Of a stretch of DNA of 34,735 bases, positions 17,663 through 26,546 are shown piece by piece. The stretch lies in NCBI GenBank assembly GCA_033721095.1, contig JAWWBG010000001.1:1-34735 (forward strand). The letters are read 5' to 3'. Origin of the DNA: Nitriliruptorales bacterium (GTDB lineage Bacteria > Actinomycetota > Nitriliruptoria > Nitriliruptorales > Nitriliruptoraceae). Within the stretch, counting starts at the first letter, position 1. The number at the start of each line of letters is the position of its first letter. Under the pieces are notes generated by a model that was given only the letters and a program-made list of their open reading frames with translations, was not told where the DNA came from and searched no databases. A program made the position numbers and the translations under genes.

Positions 17663-17764
17663 AAACCTGGGGAGGAGGGATGGCCGGACTCGGCTGCCTC
17701 TGGTGCAATTGAACCCGATTTGCCGCGCTGTGCACGCACATGGCGCACGGGTCGCGCGGACCGC

Positions 17765-18733
17765 TCAGTCGCGTCGCACCATGGCCACGGCGAATTGGTT
17801 GTCCGGGTCGGTCTCCCAACGGTCGATGTGCAGGCCGGCATCGGCGAGTTCGGTGGCGAGACCTTCGCGACGGAACTTGCAGGACAGCTCGGTCCGGATC
17901 CCCTCCCCCGCTGCCAGCGGCACCTCGAGTGGGATGGACGGAAACGACAGCGTGAGGGGCTCGGATGCACGCAGCCACATCTCGATGCGCTCGTCCACCG
18001 CGTTCCAGATGGCCTCGTGCGCGAACGAATCCGGGTGGAGATCCGTCCCGAGGACCGAGCCGATGTTGGCCAGGACATTGCGGTTGAAGGCGGCTGTCAC
18101 CCCGGCGGCGTCGTCGTAGGCCGCAACCAGGCGTCGGGGATCCTTGACGAGATCGACTCCGAGCAGGAACCCGTCCTCGGCCTGAAGCGCCCCCGAGATG
18201 GACTTGAAGAACACCTGGCGCTGCGGCCAGTCGAGGTTGCCGACGGTGGAGCCCAGGAAGACCAACAGGCGTGGCCCGTGGCGCTCGATCTGGGGAACGT
18301 CGTCGTGGAAGTCTCCGACGTGCGGCTCGACGGACAGCCACGGGTGCGTCCGCTGCAGCGCTCGTGCGGCGGCCTCCAGGGCCGTCGGCGAGACGTCGAG
18401 AGGGACGTAGCGCCGGCCCCCGACCGCCGCGAGGGCATCGAGGAGCATCGCCGTCTTGGTCGACGAGCCGGAGCCGAGCTCGATGATCTCCCACGGGCTG
18501 ATGTCGGCGACGAACGAGGCGGCATGATCCGCCAGGATCGCAGCCTCGGTCCGGGTCGGGTAGTACTCGTCGAGACGGGTGATCTGCTCGAACAGCGCCG
18601 ATCCGACGGCGTCGTAGAAGTACTTGGGTGGCAGCGTGCGGGGGATGCCGGTCAGGCCTTCGCGCACGTCGTCGGCCATCTCCTCGGCAAGCCGGCGCGG
18701 CCGGGTCAGCTCGGTCAGGCGAATGTCAGTCAC
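17765..18733 (-). CDS. egtD: L-histidine N-alpha-methyltransferase EgtD
   Basis: 322-aa ORF with 'LPPKYFYDAVGSALFEQITRLDEYYPTRTEAAIL' and 'ELGSGSSTKT', typical of EgtD. Its GTG start overlaps the egtC stop by 8 nt. Confidence 0.9.
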   Translation of the reverse strand: MTDIRLTELTRPRRLAEEMADDVREGLTGIPRTLPPKYFYDAVGSALFEQITRLDEYYPTRTEAAILADHAASFVADISPWEIIELGSGSSTKTAMLLDALAAVGGRRYVPLDVSPTALEAAARALQRTHPWLSVEPHVGDFHDDVPQIERHGPRLLVFLGSTVGNLDWPQRQVFFKSISGALQAEDGFLLGVDLVKDPRRLVAAYDDAAGVTAAFNRNVLANIGSVLGTDLHPDSFAHEAIWNAVDERIEMWLRASEPLTLSFPSIPLEVPLAAGEGIRTELSCKFRREGLATELADAGLHIDRWETDPDNQFAVAMVRRD

Positions 18734-19520
18734 GGGAGAGCTCCGGTACGTCGAGGGGCATCAGCTCGATCCGGCCATCGGCGAGGTGCACGAGCGAGGC
18801 ATCCGGGACGCGCTGCCAGGAGGCCGCGTCAAGTGGTTCCGAGGCAACCCGCAGGAGACCCGTTTCAGCTCGGTGGACGTGCAGCGAGTTGCCCGTGAAG
18901 CCGACTGCAGCCCTGGTCGCGACCACCGCATTCCGATTCGCTGCCAGGATGTTCATGGTGGCCGTGTTGCCCGTGGCGGCCACGTGCTTTGCGACCTGGC
19001 CGACGACCCGGGTGACGGCCTCGGCGAGATCGAGCCCCACCGCGAGCTGGTCGAGCAGCAGGCCAAACAGGAGTCGAGAGTCGGAGATCCCCGGCTGGAC
19101 CGCCCAGCCGCGCGCCCCCACCTGCCCGACCAGCTCTCGGCCCACGTCGGTGCGCCAGTTGGACAGCCAGCCGTTGTGGGCGAACGCGAACTGCTCGTGC
19201 ACGAAGGGGGCGACACGGGAGATGCCATGTCCCACGCCCGGCGTGGCACCGCGGACGGCTGCCAGGATGGGCGAGCCGGTCAGGGACGCCGCCAGGGACG
19301 GCAGGTTGGGGTCGGCCCAGGGCGTGCTGACCGTCACGTAGGACAGTGGTGTCGTGCTGCCCGCCGGCCACCAGGCGACGCCGGTGCCGTCGACGTTGAC
19401 GTGTCCGTGCTGTTGTTCGCGCGGGCGCCAGGCCTGTTCGGACAGGGAGTGCTCCGGCACGTAGAGCAGGTCGGCGGCGGTGCTCTCGGGCGGACCAACG
19501 GCAGCGGCTAGTCGGCACAC
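18726..19520 (-). CDS. egtC: Ergothioneine biosynthesis amidohydrolase EgtC (class II glutamine amidotransferase fold)
   Basis: The GTG at 19520 gives the 'M-CRLAAAVG...' Ntn-type Cys2 start, 2 nt after the egtB stop. 'HVNVDGTGVAWW' matches the EgtC pattern. The longer track ORF overlaps egtB. Confidence 0.85.
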   Translation of the reverse strand: MCRLAAAVGPPESTAADLLYVPEHSLSEQAWRPREQQHGHVNVDGTGVAWWPAGSTTPLSYVTVSTPWADPNLPSLAASLTGSPILAAVRGATPGVGHGISRVAPFVHEQFAFAHNGWLSNWRTDVGRELVGQVGARGWAVQPGISDSRLLFGLLLDQLAVGLDLAEAVTRVVGQVAKHVAATGNTATMNILAANRNAVVATRAAVGFTGNSLHVHRAETGLLRVASEPLDAASWQRVPDASLVHLADGRIELMPLDVPELSRD

Positions 19521-19522
19521 GG

Positions 19523-20833
19523 TCAGCTCGCATCCCAGGCGACGCGGATGCCGGCGAGGACCTGCCGGCGGTAGGGGTGATCCCAGTTCCGGTACGTCAC
19601 GCGGGCCATTGGGCTCGAAATCGCCCACGAGGACCCGCGCAGCACCCGGTAGTCCTGGCCACCGAAGAAGACCTCGCTGTACTCGGGATACGGGAAGGCC
19701 TCGAACCCCGGCCACCCCTCGAAGGGCGATGACGTCCACTCGTAGACGTCACCGGCCAGCTGCTCGATGCCGTACGCCGAGGCGCCCGCCGGAAGGCTGC
19801 CGACCGGCGCAGGGTGAAAACGGACTTGTCCGACGTTTGCCCGTCGCGTCGTCGGCGGGTCGTCACCCCAGGGGAAACGTCGCTTGCTGGCTGTCGCGGG
19901 CTCCCAGCCGGCCGCCTTCTCCCACTCGAGCTCCGTGGGCTGGCGGCCGCCGGCCCAGGCAGCGAAGGCCTCCGCCTCGAACCAGGACACGTGCTGGACG
20001 GGTTCGGCAGGGTCGAGCTCGACCAGCCGTCCGAATCGCCGCAGGCGCCACCCGCCGTCCCCGGGTTCCCAACCCTGTGGTGCCGCATGCCCGTGTTCGT
20101 GGCGCCACTGCCAACCCCGTTGTGACCACAGCTCGTCACGGTCGTAGCCGCCATCGGCAATGAAGGCGGCGTAGCGCCGATTCGTCACGGGGAATCGATC
20201 CATCCAGAACGCCGGGAGGTCGACGACGTGGGCCGGTCGCTCGTTGTCGTAGGTCCAACGGCGGTCGTCGGTGCCCAGCACGAACGGCCCGCCCGGAACG
20301 TGGACGCGCTCCTCGTCGTCCACGTGACGGACCGAGGTGACCAGCAGGTCGCGTTCGTGCGCAAGCGGGAGATCGACCTCGCGCCGCAGGCCGAGCAATT
20401 GCAGCATGGTCTCCTGGTGCTGGCCCTCGTGCTGGGCGATCATGCGATGGACGTAGGCGTCCTCGGCAAGCGGCAGCTCACCGTCCAGCGGGGTGCGATC
20501 CAGCAGGGCCAGCGCCTCCGCCCGCACGTCGGCCAGGTAACGAGCTGCCGCCGCGCGATCGAGGAGCGGCAGGTCGCCGCGCGTCCACCGCGGATTCTCG
20601 AATGCGTTGTAGAGATGGTCGAGCTTGTCGTCGGCCCCGGGCCGGCCGTCGATCCTTCGCAGCAGCCAGAGCTCCTCGAAGTTTGCGATGTGTCCGAGGT
20701 CCCAGATCATCGGACTCAGGAAGTCGACGTACTGGCGCTCCAGGTCCTCGTCCTCCAGCCGATCGACCAGCGCGTGGGTCCGCCGTCGCACGCCCTCGAG
20801 GGCTGCACGCACCTGTGCTCTCGTGGCGTTCAT
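19523..20833 (-). CDS. egtB: Hercynine oxygenase / sulfoxide synthase EgtB (DinB-like plus FGE-sulfatase domains)
   Basis: 436-aa ORF with 'LSPMIWDLGHIANFEELWLL' and the C-terminal FGE-like 'RVLRGSSWA'. Its ATG overlaps the egtA stop (ATGA). Confidence 0.9.
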   Translation of the reverse strand: MNATRAQVRAALEGVRRRTHALVDRLEDEDLERQYVDFLSPMIWDLGHIANFEELWLLRRIDGRPGADDKLDHLYNAFENPRWTRGDLPLLDRAAAARYLADVRAEALALLDRTPLDGELPLAEDAYVHRMIAQHEGQHQETMLQLLGLRREVDLPLAHERDLLVTSVRHVDDEERVHVPGGPFVLGTDDRRWTYDNERPAHVVDLPAFWMDRFPVTNRRYAAFIADGGYDRDELWSQRGWQWRHEHGHAAPQGWEPGDGGWRLRRFGRLVELDPAEPVQHVSWFEAEAFAAWAGGRQPTELEWEKAAGWEPATASKRRFPWGDDPPTTRRANVGQVRFHPAPVGSLPAGASAYGIEQLAGDVYEWTSSPFEGWPGFEAFPYPEYSEVFFGGQDYRVLRGSSWAISSPMARVTYRNWDHPYRRQVLAGIRVAWDAS

Positions 20834-22248
20834 GCGGGCACCCGCGCTCGCTGGCTGGGCTCGGCGGCCAGGTCGAGGGCTGCGCGTGGATCCTGCCTGA
20901 ACGCTTCGCGCATCGCGTCAGCCGGACAGCGACCGCGCAGCGTGAACCGATCGATGAACTGTTCGGTGTCTCGAATGGCATCCGCCGGGATCGCATCGCC
21001 CAGTCGCTTGGCGCCGTCGAGAGCGAAAGACCAGACCTCGACGGCCAGGGCACAGAACGATGGATCGGCCACGCCTTGACGAGCAGCCCGGGCCAGCAGC
21101 TGGGGCCCTCGGCTCCGCGTCGGCTCGAGGACCTCGAGGATCCGTTGACGGGCGCGGGTGTCCAGGAGCAGCCCCGCGTGGAGCACGACCGCCGGCTCGC
21201 GCCACCGGGCAGGGAGCGCATCGAGGCTGCGCAACTCCAGCCACCCCCGCGGTCGCACCTCGTGGAAGAGCGTCGTCAGGTGGTAGCGGAGGTCGTCGGG
21301 CGTCGGCCAGCCGTGGGTCGGGTGCCCGTGCGCGACCCAGTCTGCGAACCTCCAGCCCGGCCGCCCCGGTGTCGCCGATCCATCAGCATGCCGGACGAGG
21401 AGCACGTCGGCGTTCATGGCTGCATCGGCCAGCTGACGACCTGGTGTCCAGCTCGGATGATCGACGAAGGCCTTCGGGATGCCGGTCCGGGTGGGGTCGA
21501 CCGATGCCCAGACCCGGGCCCGCCGACTGGCGAGCGCCCCATCCAGCGACGGGCTGGTCGCGAAGGTCGCCAGGGAAACCGGAGCCGCCAGCAGCGACGC
21601 GGCCCATCGTTCGGCCGCGACGTCGCCGCGACCGAGGTCGACGTTCAGCTGGAGAGACGCCGTGTGCCGCATCATGACGGCCCCCGCCGGACCCCTGCTG
21701 GCGAGATAGCTCGCCATCGCGGGGTACCGCGGCGCGCGCGACTGCTGGGGCGGGACCTGCTCGTGCCACAGGTCGATGCCGGCGGCCAGCAGTACCGCTC
21801 CCTCGCGCGCTGCGGCGTCGGCGAGCGCGCCACCCGCCTCCCGCAGCAGCCCGAGGGCGTCGCCGACCGCCCTGCGAGGGGCCGTGGCGGCCTCGACCTG
21901 GGCCCCCGGCTCCGTCTGATGACGCACCCCGTCGACAGGCTGGGCAGCCGCGAGGAGCCCCGAGACGCCGAGTTGATCTCCTGTGGGATCCAGGAGCAGG
22001 CGGTGCGTGCCCGTCGGGCCCGTTCCGACGGCGAACCACTCGGATTCGATGCCGATCGCGTCGTCGTCGGGCGCCGATGTCGGGAAGGCTGCCGCCGCCA
22101 CGATGTCGTGGACGTCTGCGTGGCGCAGGCGACGCGCGTCATCACGTGTGGGCACGGACTGCCTTTGGGCTGGATACAACGTGTGAACGTGGCGATGTCC
22201 CGGCAGATTCCACTGTAGGAGGCCCAAACGTTGCCACGTGGTGAACAT
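20830..22248 (-). CDS. egtA: Glutamate-cysteine ligase EgtA (GCS2 family)
   Basis: GCS2-like blocks are present ('IGIESEWFAV', 'ASLQLNVD', 'YHLTTLFHEVRPRGWLELRSLD'). I chose the ATG at 22248, 17 nt from the aat stop. The start is uncertain, and a GTG about 31 codons downstream is possible. Confidence 0.8.
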   Translation of the reverse strand: MFTTWQRLGLLQWNLPGHRHVHTLYPAQRQSVPTRDDARRLRHADVHDIVAAAAFPTSAPDDDAIGIESEWFAVGTGPTGTHRLLLDPTGDQLGVSGLLAAAQPVDGVRHQTEPGAQVEAATAPRRAVGDALGLLREAGGALADAAAREGAVLLAAGIDLWHEQVPPQQSRAPRYPAMASYLASRGPAGAVMMRHTASLQLNVDLGRGDVAAERWAASLLAAPVSLATFATSPSLDGALASRRARVWASVDPTRTGIPKAFVDHPSWTPGRQLADAAMNADVLLVRHADGSATPGRPGWRFADWVAHGHPTHGWPTPDDLRYHLTTLFHEVRPRGWLELRSLDALPARWREPAVVLHAGLLLDTRARQRILEVLEPTRSRGPQLLARAARQGVADPSFCALAVEVWSFALDGAKRLGDAIPADAIRDTEQFIDRFTLRGRCPADAMREAFRQDPRAALDLAAEPSQRARVPA

Positions 22249-22265
22249 TCGGGGCCCGCAGCCGT

Positions 22266-23039
22266 TCAGATTGGTTCGAGTCGGCCGCGGGCCAGGCGAG
22301 CGACGGGGAGCGTGGCCGTCAGCATGCGCACTGGTCGGTGGACGAGCTCGGCGAGCTCGGCGAGCCACTGTTGGCGCGGCACCGGAACGGCGCCCATCGA
22401 CGCGAGGTGTTCGGTCATCAGCTGGGCATCGAGCACGTGCCCCCCGGCTTCGGCGAACCGGTCGAGCAGGTCACACATGGCCACCTTGGAGGCATCGCGG
22501 GATCGGCTGAACATGGACTCACCCGTGAAGACCGCGCCGACCTGGACGCCGTACAGGCCCCCGACGAGCTGCTCGTCGTCCCAGACCTCGATGGAGTGGG
22601 CCCAGCCCAGCTCGTGGAGGCGGGTGTAGGCATCAACCATGGCGGGCGTGATCCACGTGCCGTCGTGACGAGCGCTGGCGCAGCCAGCAATGACGTGACG
22701 GAAGGCCGCGTCGCAGGTGGTGTGCCAGCCGGAGCGACGCAGAGTCCGCTGGAGGGATCGCGAGACGTGCAGGGTCTCGGGGCGGATGACGGCGCGGGGA
22801 TCGGGGGAAAACCAGGGCAGCGACGGCCACCCGTGCGGCCAGGGAAAGATCCCCCGCTGGTAGGCGGTGACCAGCGTCCGTGGATCCAGGTCCGCGCCGA
22901 TGCCGACGATGCCGTCCTCGTCGGCCTGGTCCGCCGACGGGAAGGCCCACGAGCTCGGCGGGAGGGGCTGTGGCGGACGCGTCCGGGTCCCGTCCGACGT
23001 CGCACCCTGCGATTCCGGCTGCGTCGGCTGCCCACTCAT
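22266..23039 (-). CDS. aat: Leucyl/phenylalanyl-tRNA--protein transferase
   Basis: It appears collinear with my recollection of E. coli Aat ('AYQRGIFPW', 'WFSPDPRAV', 'GTWITPAMVDAYTRLHELGWAHSIEVW', 'GESMFSR'). I chose the ATG at 23039 because the 19 codons up to the alternative ATG at 23096 have visibly lower GC3. The start is uncertain. Confidence 0.85.
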   Translation of the reverse strand: MSGQPTQPESQGATSDGTRTRPPQPLPPSSWAFPSADQADEDGIVGIGADLDPRTLVTAYQRGIFPWPHGWPSLPWFSPDPRAVIRPETLHVSRSLQRTLRRSGWHTTCDAAFRHVIAGCASARHDGTWITPAMVDAYTRLHELGWAHSIEVWDDEQLVGGLYGVQVGAVFTGESMFSRSRDASKVAMCDLLDRFAEAGGHVLDAQLMTEHLASMGAVPVPRQQWLAELAELVHRPVRMLTATLPVARLARGRLEPI

Positions 23040-23152
23040 GGGCGCCACTGTAGGAGTGGCCGTCGGACGGCGGATGGCAGCCGGGCTTCCGACCATCGGT
23101 CATGGGAAGCCAACGAGTGGAGAACTACGGTGCCCGGGACGCGGAGGCCGTC

Positions 23153-24034
23153 GTGCGCCTGCACCTGGTGGATGGGACCTACGAGCTGTTTCGTGCCCAC
23201 TTCGGCCGCCAGCCGGATCGACGATCACCGTCGGGCCGGGACGTCAAGGCCACGCACGGCATCATGTCCTCGCTGCTCGCCCTGCTCGATGATCGGGCCG
23301 AATCCGTCACGCACCTCGCGGTCGCCTTCGACAACCCCATTGAGTCGTTCCGCAACGACCTCTTCGACGGCTACAAGACGTCCGCCGGGATCGATCCCGA
23401 TCTGCTGGCGCAGTTCGACCTCGCCGAGGAAGCCGTTCGAACGCTCGGAATCGTCGTGTGGTCCATGGATGCGTGGGAAGCCGACGATGCCCTTGCCACG
23501 GCCGCGGTCCGGTTCGCGGGCGAGGTGGAGCAGGTGCGGATCCTCACCCCGGACAAGGACCTGGGACAGGTCGTCGACACCACCCGGATCGTCCAGGTCG
23601 ACCGGATGCGCAACCGGGAGTTCGACGCGACGGGCGTGCAGGAACGCCTCGGCGTGGCCCCGACTTCCGTCCCCGACCATCTCGCGCTCGTGGGCGACAC
23701 GGCGGACGGCATCCCCGGCCTCAAGGGATTCGGAGCCAAGTCCACGGCCACGATCCTCGGCCGGTACCCGCATCTGGAGGACATCCCGACCGACGAGGAC
23801 TGGGACGTCGAGGTCCGGGGGGCGGCGCGACTCCGGGAAACGTTCGCGAACGAACGGGACCGGGCCTTCCTGTGGCGCGACCTCGCAACACTGCGGCTTG
23901 ACGTCCCACTCGAGGAGTCGCTCGCCGACCTGTTGTGGCAGGGCGCGGACCGCAGGCGTCTCGAGGCGCTCTGCGACGAGCTTGGCTTCGACTCGATCCG
24001 AGACCGGCCGCGCATGTGGCGAGATGGTGGCTGA
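23153..24034 (+). CDS. 5'-3' exonuclease (FEN / Pol I N-terminal domain-like)
   Basis: The GTG at 23153 has GGAGG 5 nt upstream and gives 'VRLHLVDGTYELFRA'. The H3TH motif 'LVGDTADGIPGLKGFGAKS' is present. The track start at 23102 would leave only 5 nt to the alternative aat start. Confidence 0.85.
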   Translation: MRLHLVDGTYELFRAHFGRQPDRRSPSGRDVKATHGIMSSLLALLDDRAESVTHLAVAFDNPIESFRNDLFDGYKTSAGIDPDLLAQFDLAEEAVRTLGIVVWSMDAWEADDALATAAVRFAGEVEQVRILTPDKDLGQVVDTTRIVQVDRMRNREFDATGVQERLGVAPTSVPDHLALVGDTADGIPGLKGFGAKSTATILGRYPHLEDIPTDEDWDVEVRGAARLRETFANERDRAFLWRDLATLRLDVPLEESLADLLWQGADRRRLEALCDELGFDSIRDRPRMWRDGG

Positions 24035-25775
24035 CGACACGACCGCTGGCGGTCGAAACACGGCACTCGTGGCCAGCGGCATCCTCCTGTCGCGCCTTTC
24101 CGGGCTCGTCCGACAGCGCGTCGTGGGCCACTTCTTCGGCGTGTCGGCGGTCATGGATGCGTTCACGGCCGCGTTTCGCATCCCCAACCTCGTCCAGAAC
24201 CTGCTGGGTGAAGGAACGCTGTCCGCCAGCTTCATCCCGGTCTACAGCCGACTGCTCGGGGACGGCCGCTCCGACGAGGCCAGGCGGTTGGCGGGCGCAG
24301 TGGTCTCCCTCGTCGGCGTCGCGGCCGGTGGCATCGCCCTGCTGATCGCGCTCCTGGCCGATCCGGTGACCAGTGTCATCGCGCCGGGTCTCGATGCCCC
24401 CACCCACGATCTCACCGTCTCGCTCACGCGGATCATCGCACCCGGCATCGCGTTGTTGAGCCTGTCCGCGTGGGCACTCGGCATCCTCAACTCGCACGGC
24501 AGGTTCTTCCTGTCGTACGCGGCCCCGGTCGTCTGGAACGGCACGCAGATCGCGCTGCTGACGGCCGTCGCGGTCGTCGTCCTCGACTCCCCTCTCCGGC
24601 CGGAATCCGCAAGCCTCGACGACCTCGAGCGGTTGGTGCATGCGCTCGCCCTGGGAACGCTGGTGGGTGCGCTCCTCCAGTTCCTCGTCCAGCTGCCTGC
24701 GGTACTGCGGCTGGTGCGACCGGTCCGACTCTCCCTGCGGCGCGACGAGAACACGCGCCGCGTCCTGCGCGCGTTCGGCCCGGTCGTGCTCGGCCGGGGC
24801 ATCGTCCAGGTGACCTCGTTCGTGGAGCTGATCCTGGCGAGCCTCCTCGTCGAGGGTGCGATCGCCGCACTCTTCATTGCCCAGCAGCTGCACGTGCTGC
24901 CCATCAGCCTGTTCGGGCTGTCGGTGGCCGCGGCCGAGCTTCCGGCGCTGTCGCGAGCAGAACCCGATCCCGATGACCTGCGCGGGCGATTGGAGATCGG
25001 GCTGCGGCGCATCGCCTTCTTCGTGGTGCCGACGTTGACGGCATACGTGGTGTTCGGCGACCTGCTCGTCGGCGCCCTCTACCAGACCGGCGCCTTCGGC
25101 CGCGCTGACACGCTGCTGGTGTGGCTCGTGCTGGCGGCCCTGGCGGTGGGCCTGTTGCCGTCCACCACGTCGCGGCTGATGCAGTCGTCGCTGTTTGCGG
25201 TCGGCGAGACCCGCCTGCCGGCCCGGTTGTCGGTGATCCGGGTGGTGATCGCCCTCGCCGTGGGCGCTGGCCTCATGCTCCAGTTCGACCGCTTTGCCGT
25301 CACTGTCGCCGGTGACGTGGTCCGGGCCGGTGCGTTGCCGGCCTTCGGGCTGGTCGGCGCCTCCGAACAGCTGCCCGACGGACTCCACCTGGGTGCGGTC
25401 GGGCTCGCGCTGGGATCTGCGCTCGGCGCCTGGGTCGAGTGGTGGCTGCTCCGACGGGCCGTTGCCCGCCGACTGGATGTCCGGCCACGCGTCGGAGCCC
25501 ATCGCCGAAGCCTGCTCATCGCCGCCGCCGTCGTTGCCGCCATTGGCCTGGCAGGACGGACGGCCGTGGGCTCCCTCCATCCGATTCCGGCGGCGCTGCT
25601 CGTCGGATCGGCTGCCGGTCTGGCATGGTTGGGCACGTGTCGGCGCCTCGGTGTGCCGGAAGCGCAGCTGTCGCTTGTGCGCCTGCTCGTTCGCGCTCCT
25701 GCCGAGGGGACCCCGGTGCCCTCGGAGGGGGCGGCGGATGGCGATCAGGCCGACAGGTCCGATTCTTCGTCGTAG
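24024..25775 (+). CDS. murJ: Lipid II flippase MurJ (MviN family)
   Basis: The ATG at 24024 gives 'MVADDTTAGGRNTALVASGILLSRLSGLVRQRV...FRIPNLVQNLLGEGTLSASFIPV'. The protein is polytopic. It overlaps the exonuclease stop by 11 nt. The upstream 560 codons of the 1145-aa track ORF are an artefact. Confidence 0.9.
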   Translation: MVADDTTAGGRNTALVASGILLSRLSGLVRQRVVGHFFGVSAVMDAFTAAFRIPNLVQNLLGEGTLSASFIPVYSRLLGDGRSDEARRLAGAVVSLVGVAAGGIALLIALLADPVTSVIAPGLDAPTHDLTVSLTRIIAPGIALLSLSAWALGILNSHGRFFLSYAAPVVWNGTQIALLTAVAVVVLDSPLRPESASLDDLERLVHALALGTLVGALLQFLVQLPAVLRLVRPVRLSLRRDENTRRVLRAFGPVVLGRGIVQVTSFVELILASLLVEGAIAALFIAQQLHVLPISLFGLSVAAAELPALSRAEPDPDDLRGRLEIGLRRIAFFVVPTLTAYVVFGDLLVGALYQTGAFGRADTLLVWLVLAALAVGLLPSTTSRLMQSSLFAVGETRLPARLSVIRVVIALAVGAGLMLQFDRFAVTVAGDVVRAGALPAFGLVGASEQLPDGLHLGAVGLALGSALGAWVEWWLLRRAVARRLDVRPRVGAHRRSLLIAAAVVAAIGLAGRTAVGSLHPIPAALLVGSAAGLAWLGTCRRLGVPEAQLSLVRLLVRAPAEGTPVPSEGAADGDQADRSDSSS

Positions 25776-26242
25776 AAGCGCAGGGCGTCGGGATCAACCA
25801 GCCGCAGGATGCGCTCCTGCCACCAGGCCAGCCAGTCCATGAGGGCCGCCATCTGCCGGCCGTCGTCGTCGAGCTCCTCCCGGTCGGCCGCGGGCGAGTG
25901 CAAGCCGGACTGCACCGCCAATGACAGCCGCAGGTCGTTCAGCACGCCCATGAGGAGCAGCGGCTGGTCATCGACGAGATCCACCGGTTGCCCGGGGTCG
26001 ACGTCGAGGACGCCGAGAACCTCCCCGAGCCGGGCCAGCCGCTCCCGCATCAGGTCCTGGTGGATGAGCAGCCGCGCGTCGCGATCCTCCTCGGCGTCCG
26101 ACCGGATCACGCGGGGGAAGAGCCGTTCGACGACCGCGTCGGTGCCCTCCTCAAGGAGGCCGAGCAGCTGCACCGACAGCTGGCGCAGGAGGTGCACCTC
26201 GTTCGCCGACAGGACCAGCTGTGTGTCGTCGCTCGTACTCAC
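25745..26242 (-). CDS. Conserved actinobacterial protein of the type that follows clpS (DUF2017-like)
   Basis: The GTG at 26242 overlaps the clpS stop (GTGA). The 165-aa acidic helical protein reads 'LVLSANEVHLLRQLSVQLLGLLEE...'. The family call is from memory of clpS-DUF2017 synteny. Confidence 0.65.
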   Translation of the reverse strand: MSTSDDTQLVLSANEVHLLRQLSVQLLGLLEEGTDAVVERLFPRVIRSDAEEDRDARLLIHQDLMRERLARLGEVLGVLDVDPGQPVDLVDDQPLLLMGVLNDLRLSLAVQSGLHSPAADREELDDDGRQMAALMDWLAWWQERILRLVDPDALRFYDEESDLSA

Positions 26243-26544
26243 CGGCTGCGTTCCATGGTGGCCTGCAGGCCATGCCCGTGCAGCTGCTGGACGTACAGCT
26301 CCGCCTGTTCGCGCGGCTCGGACGCCACCAGCGCCTTGCCCTTCCGGTGGACATCGAGCATCAGCTTGCGCGCCACTGGCTCGGTGAAGCCGAAGATCTT
26401 CCGAAACACCCACACCACGTAGCTCATCAGGTTGACCGGATCGTCCCAGACGATCACGTCCCAGGGACCCTCGGTCGTGGTCTCGTCCCCCGTCGTGACG
26501 TCGGGATCGACGACCGGGGCCGCGGTTGGAGCCGAGGAGGACAT
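26239..26544 (-). CDS. clpS: ATP-dependent Clp protease adaptor ClpS
   Basis: 101-aa ORF with 'WDVIVWDDPVNLMSYVVWVFRKIFGF...ARKLMLDVHRKGKALV', the ClpS core. Confidence 0.9.
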   Translation of the reverse strand: MSSSAPTAAPVVDPDVTTGDETTTEGPWDVIVWDDPVNLMSYVVWVFRKIFGFTEPVARKLMLDVHRKGKALVASEPREQAELYVQQLHGHGLQATMERSR

Positions 26545-26546
26545 GC

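Noticed and set aside
17624-17764. Possible SAH riboswitch upstream of ahcY
   Set aside because: I compared the minus-strand leader with the SAH-riboswitch core as I remember it (GAGGAGCGCUGC ... AGGCUCGG ... CAACGGCGCUC). Only a loose 'CAACGG' is present and the pseudoknot partners are missing. A covariance-model scan would be decisive.
15749-18898. 1049-aa ORF on the plus strand
   Set aside because: It lies antisense to four confidently recognised genes (nhaA, the acidic ORF, ahcY, egtD). Its translation is R/G/D/V/H-rich with no motifs. Long open antisense frames are expected at this GC content.
19521-19739. Upstream part of the 337-aa egtC ORF
   Set aside because: It overlaps the egtB 3' end in another frame. 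EgtC-type Ntn amidotransferases begin Met-Cys, which the GTG at 19520 provides.
22338-24023. N-terminal ~560 codons of the 1145-aa plus-strand ORF
   Set aside because: This part is antisense to aat and out of frame across the exonuclease gene, and its composition is R/P/S/T-rich. The recognisable MurJ sequence begins at the ATG at 24024.
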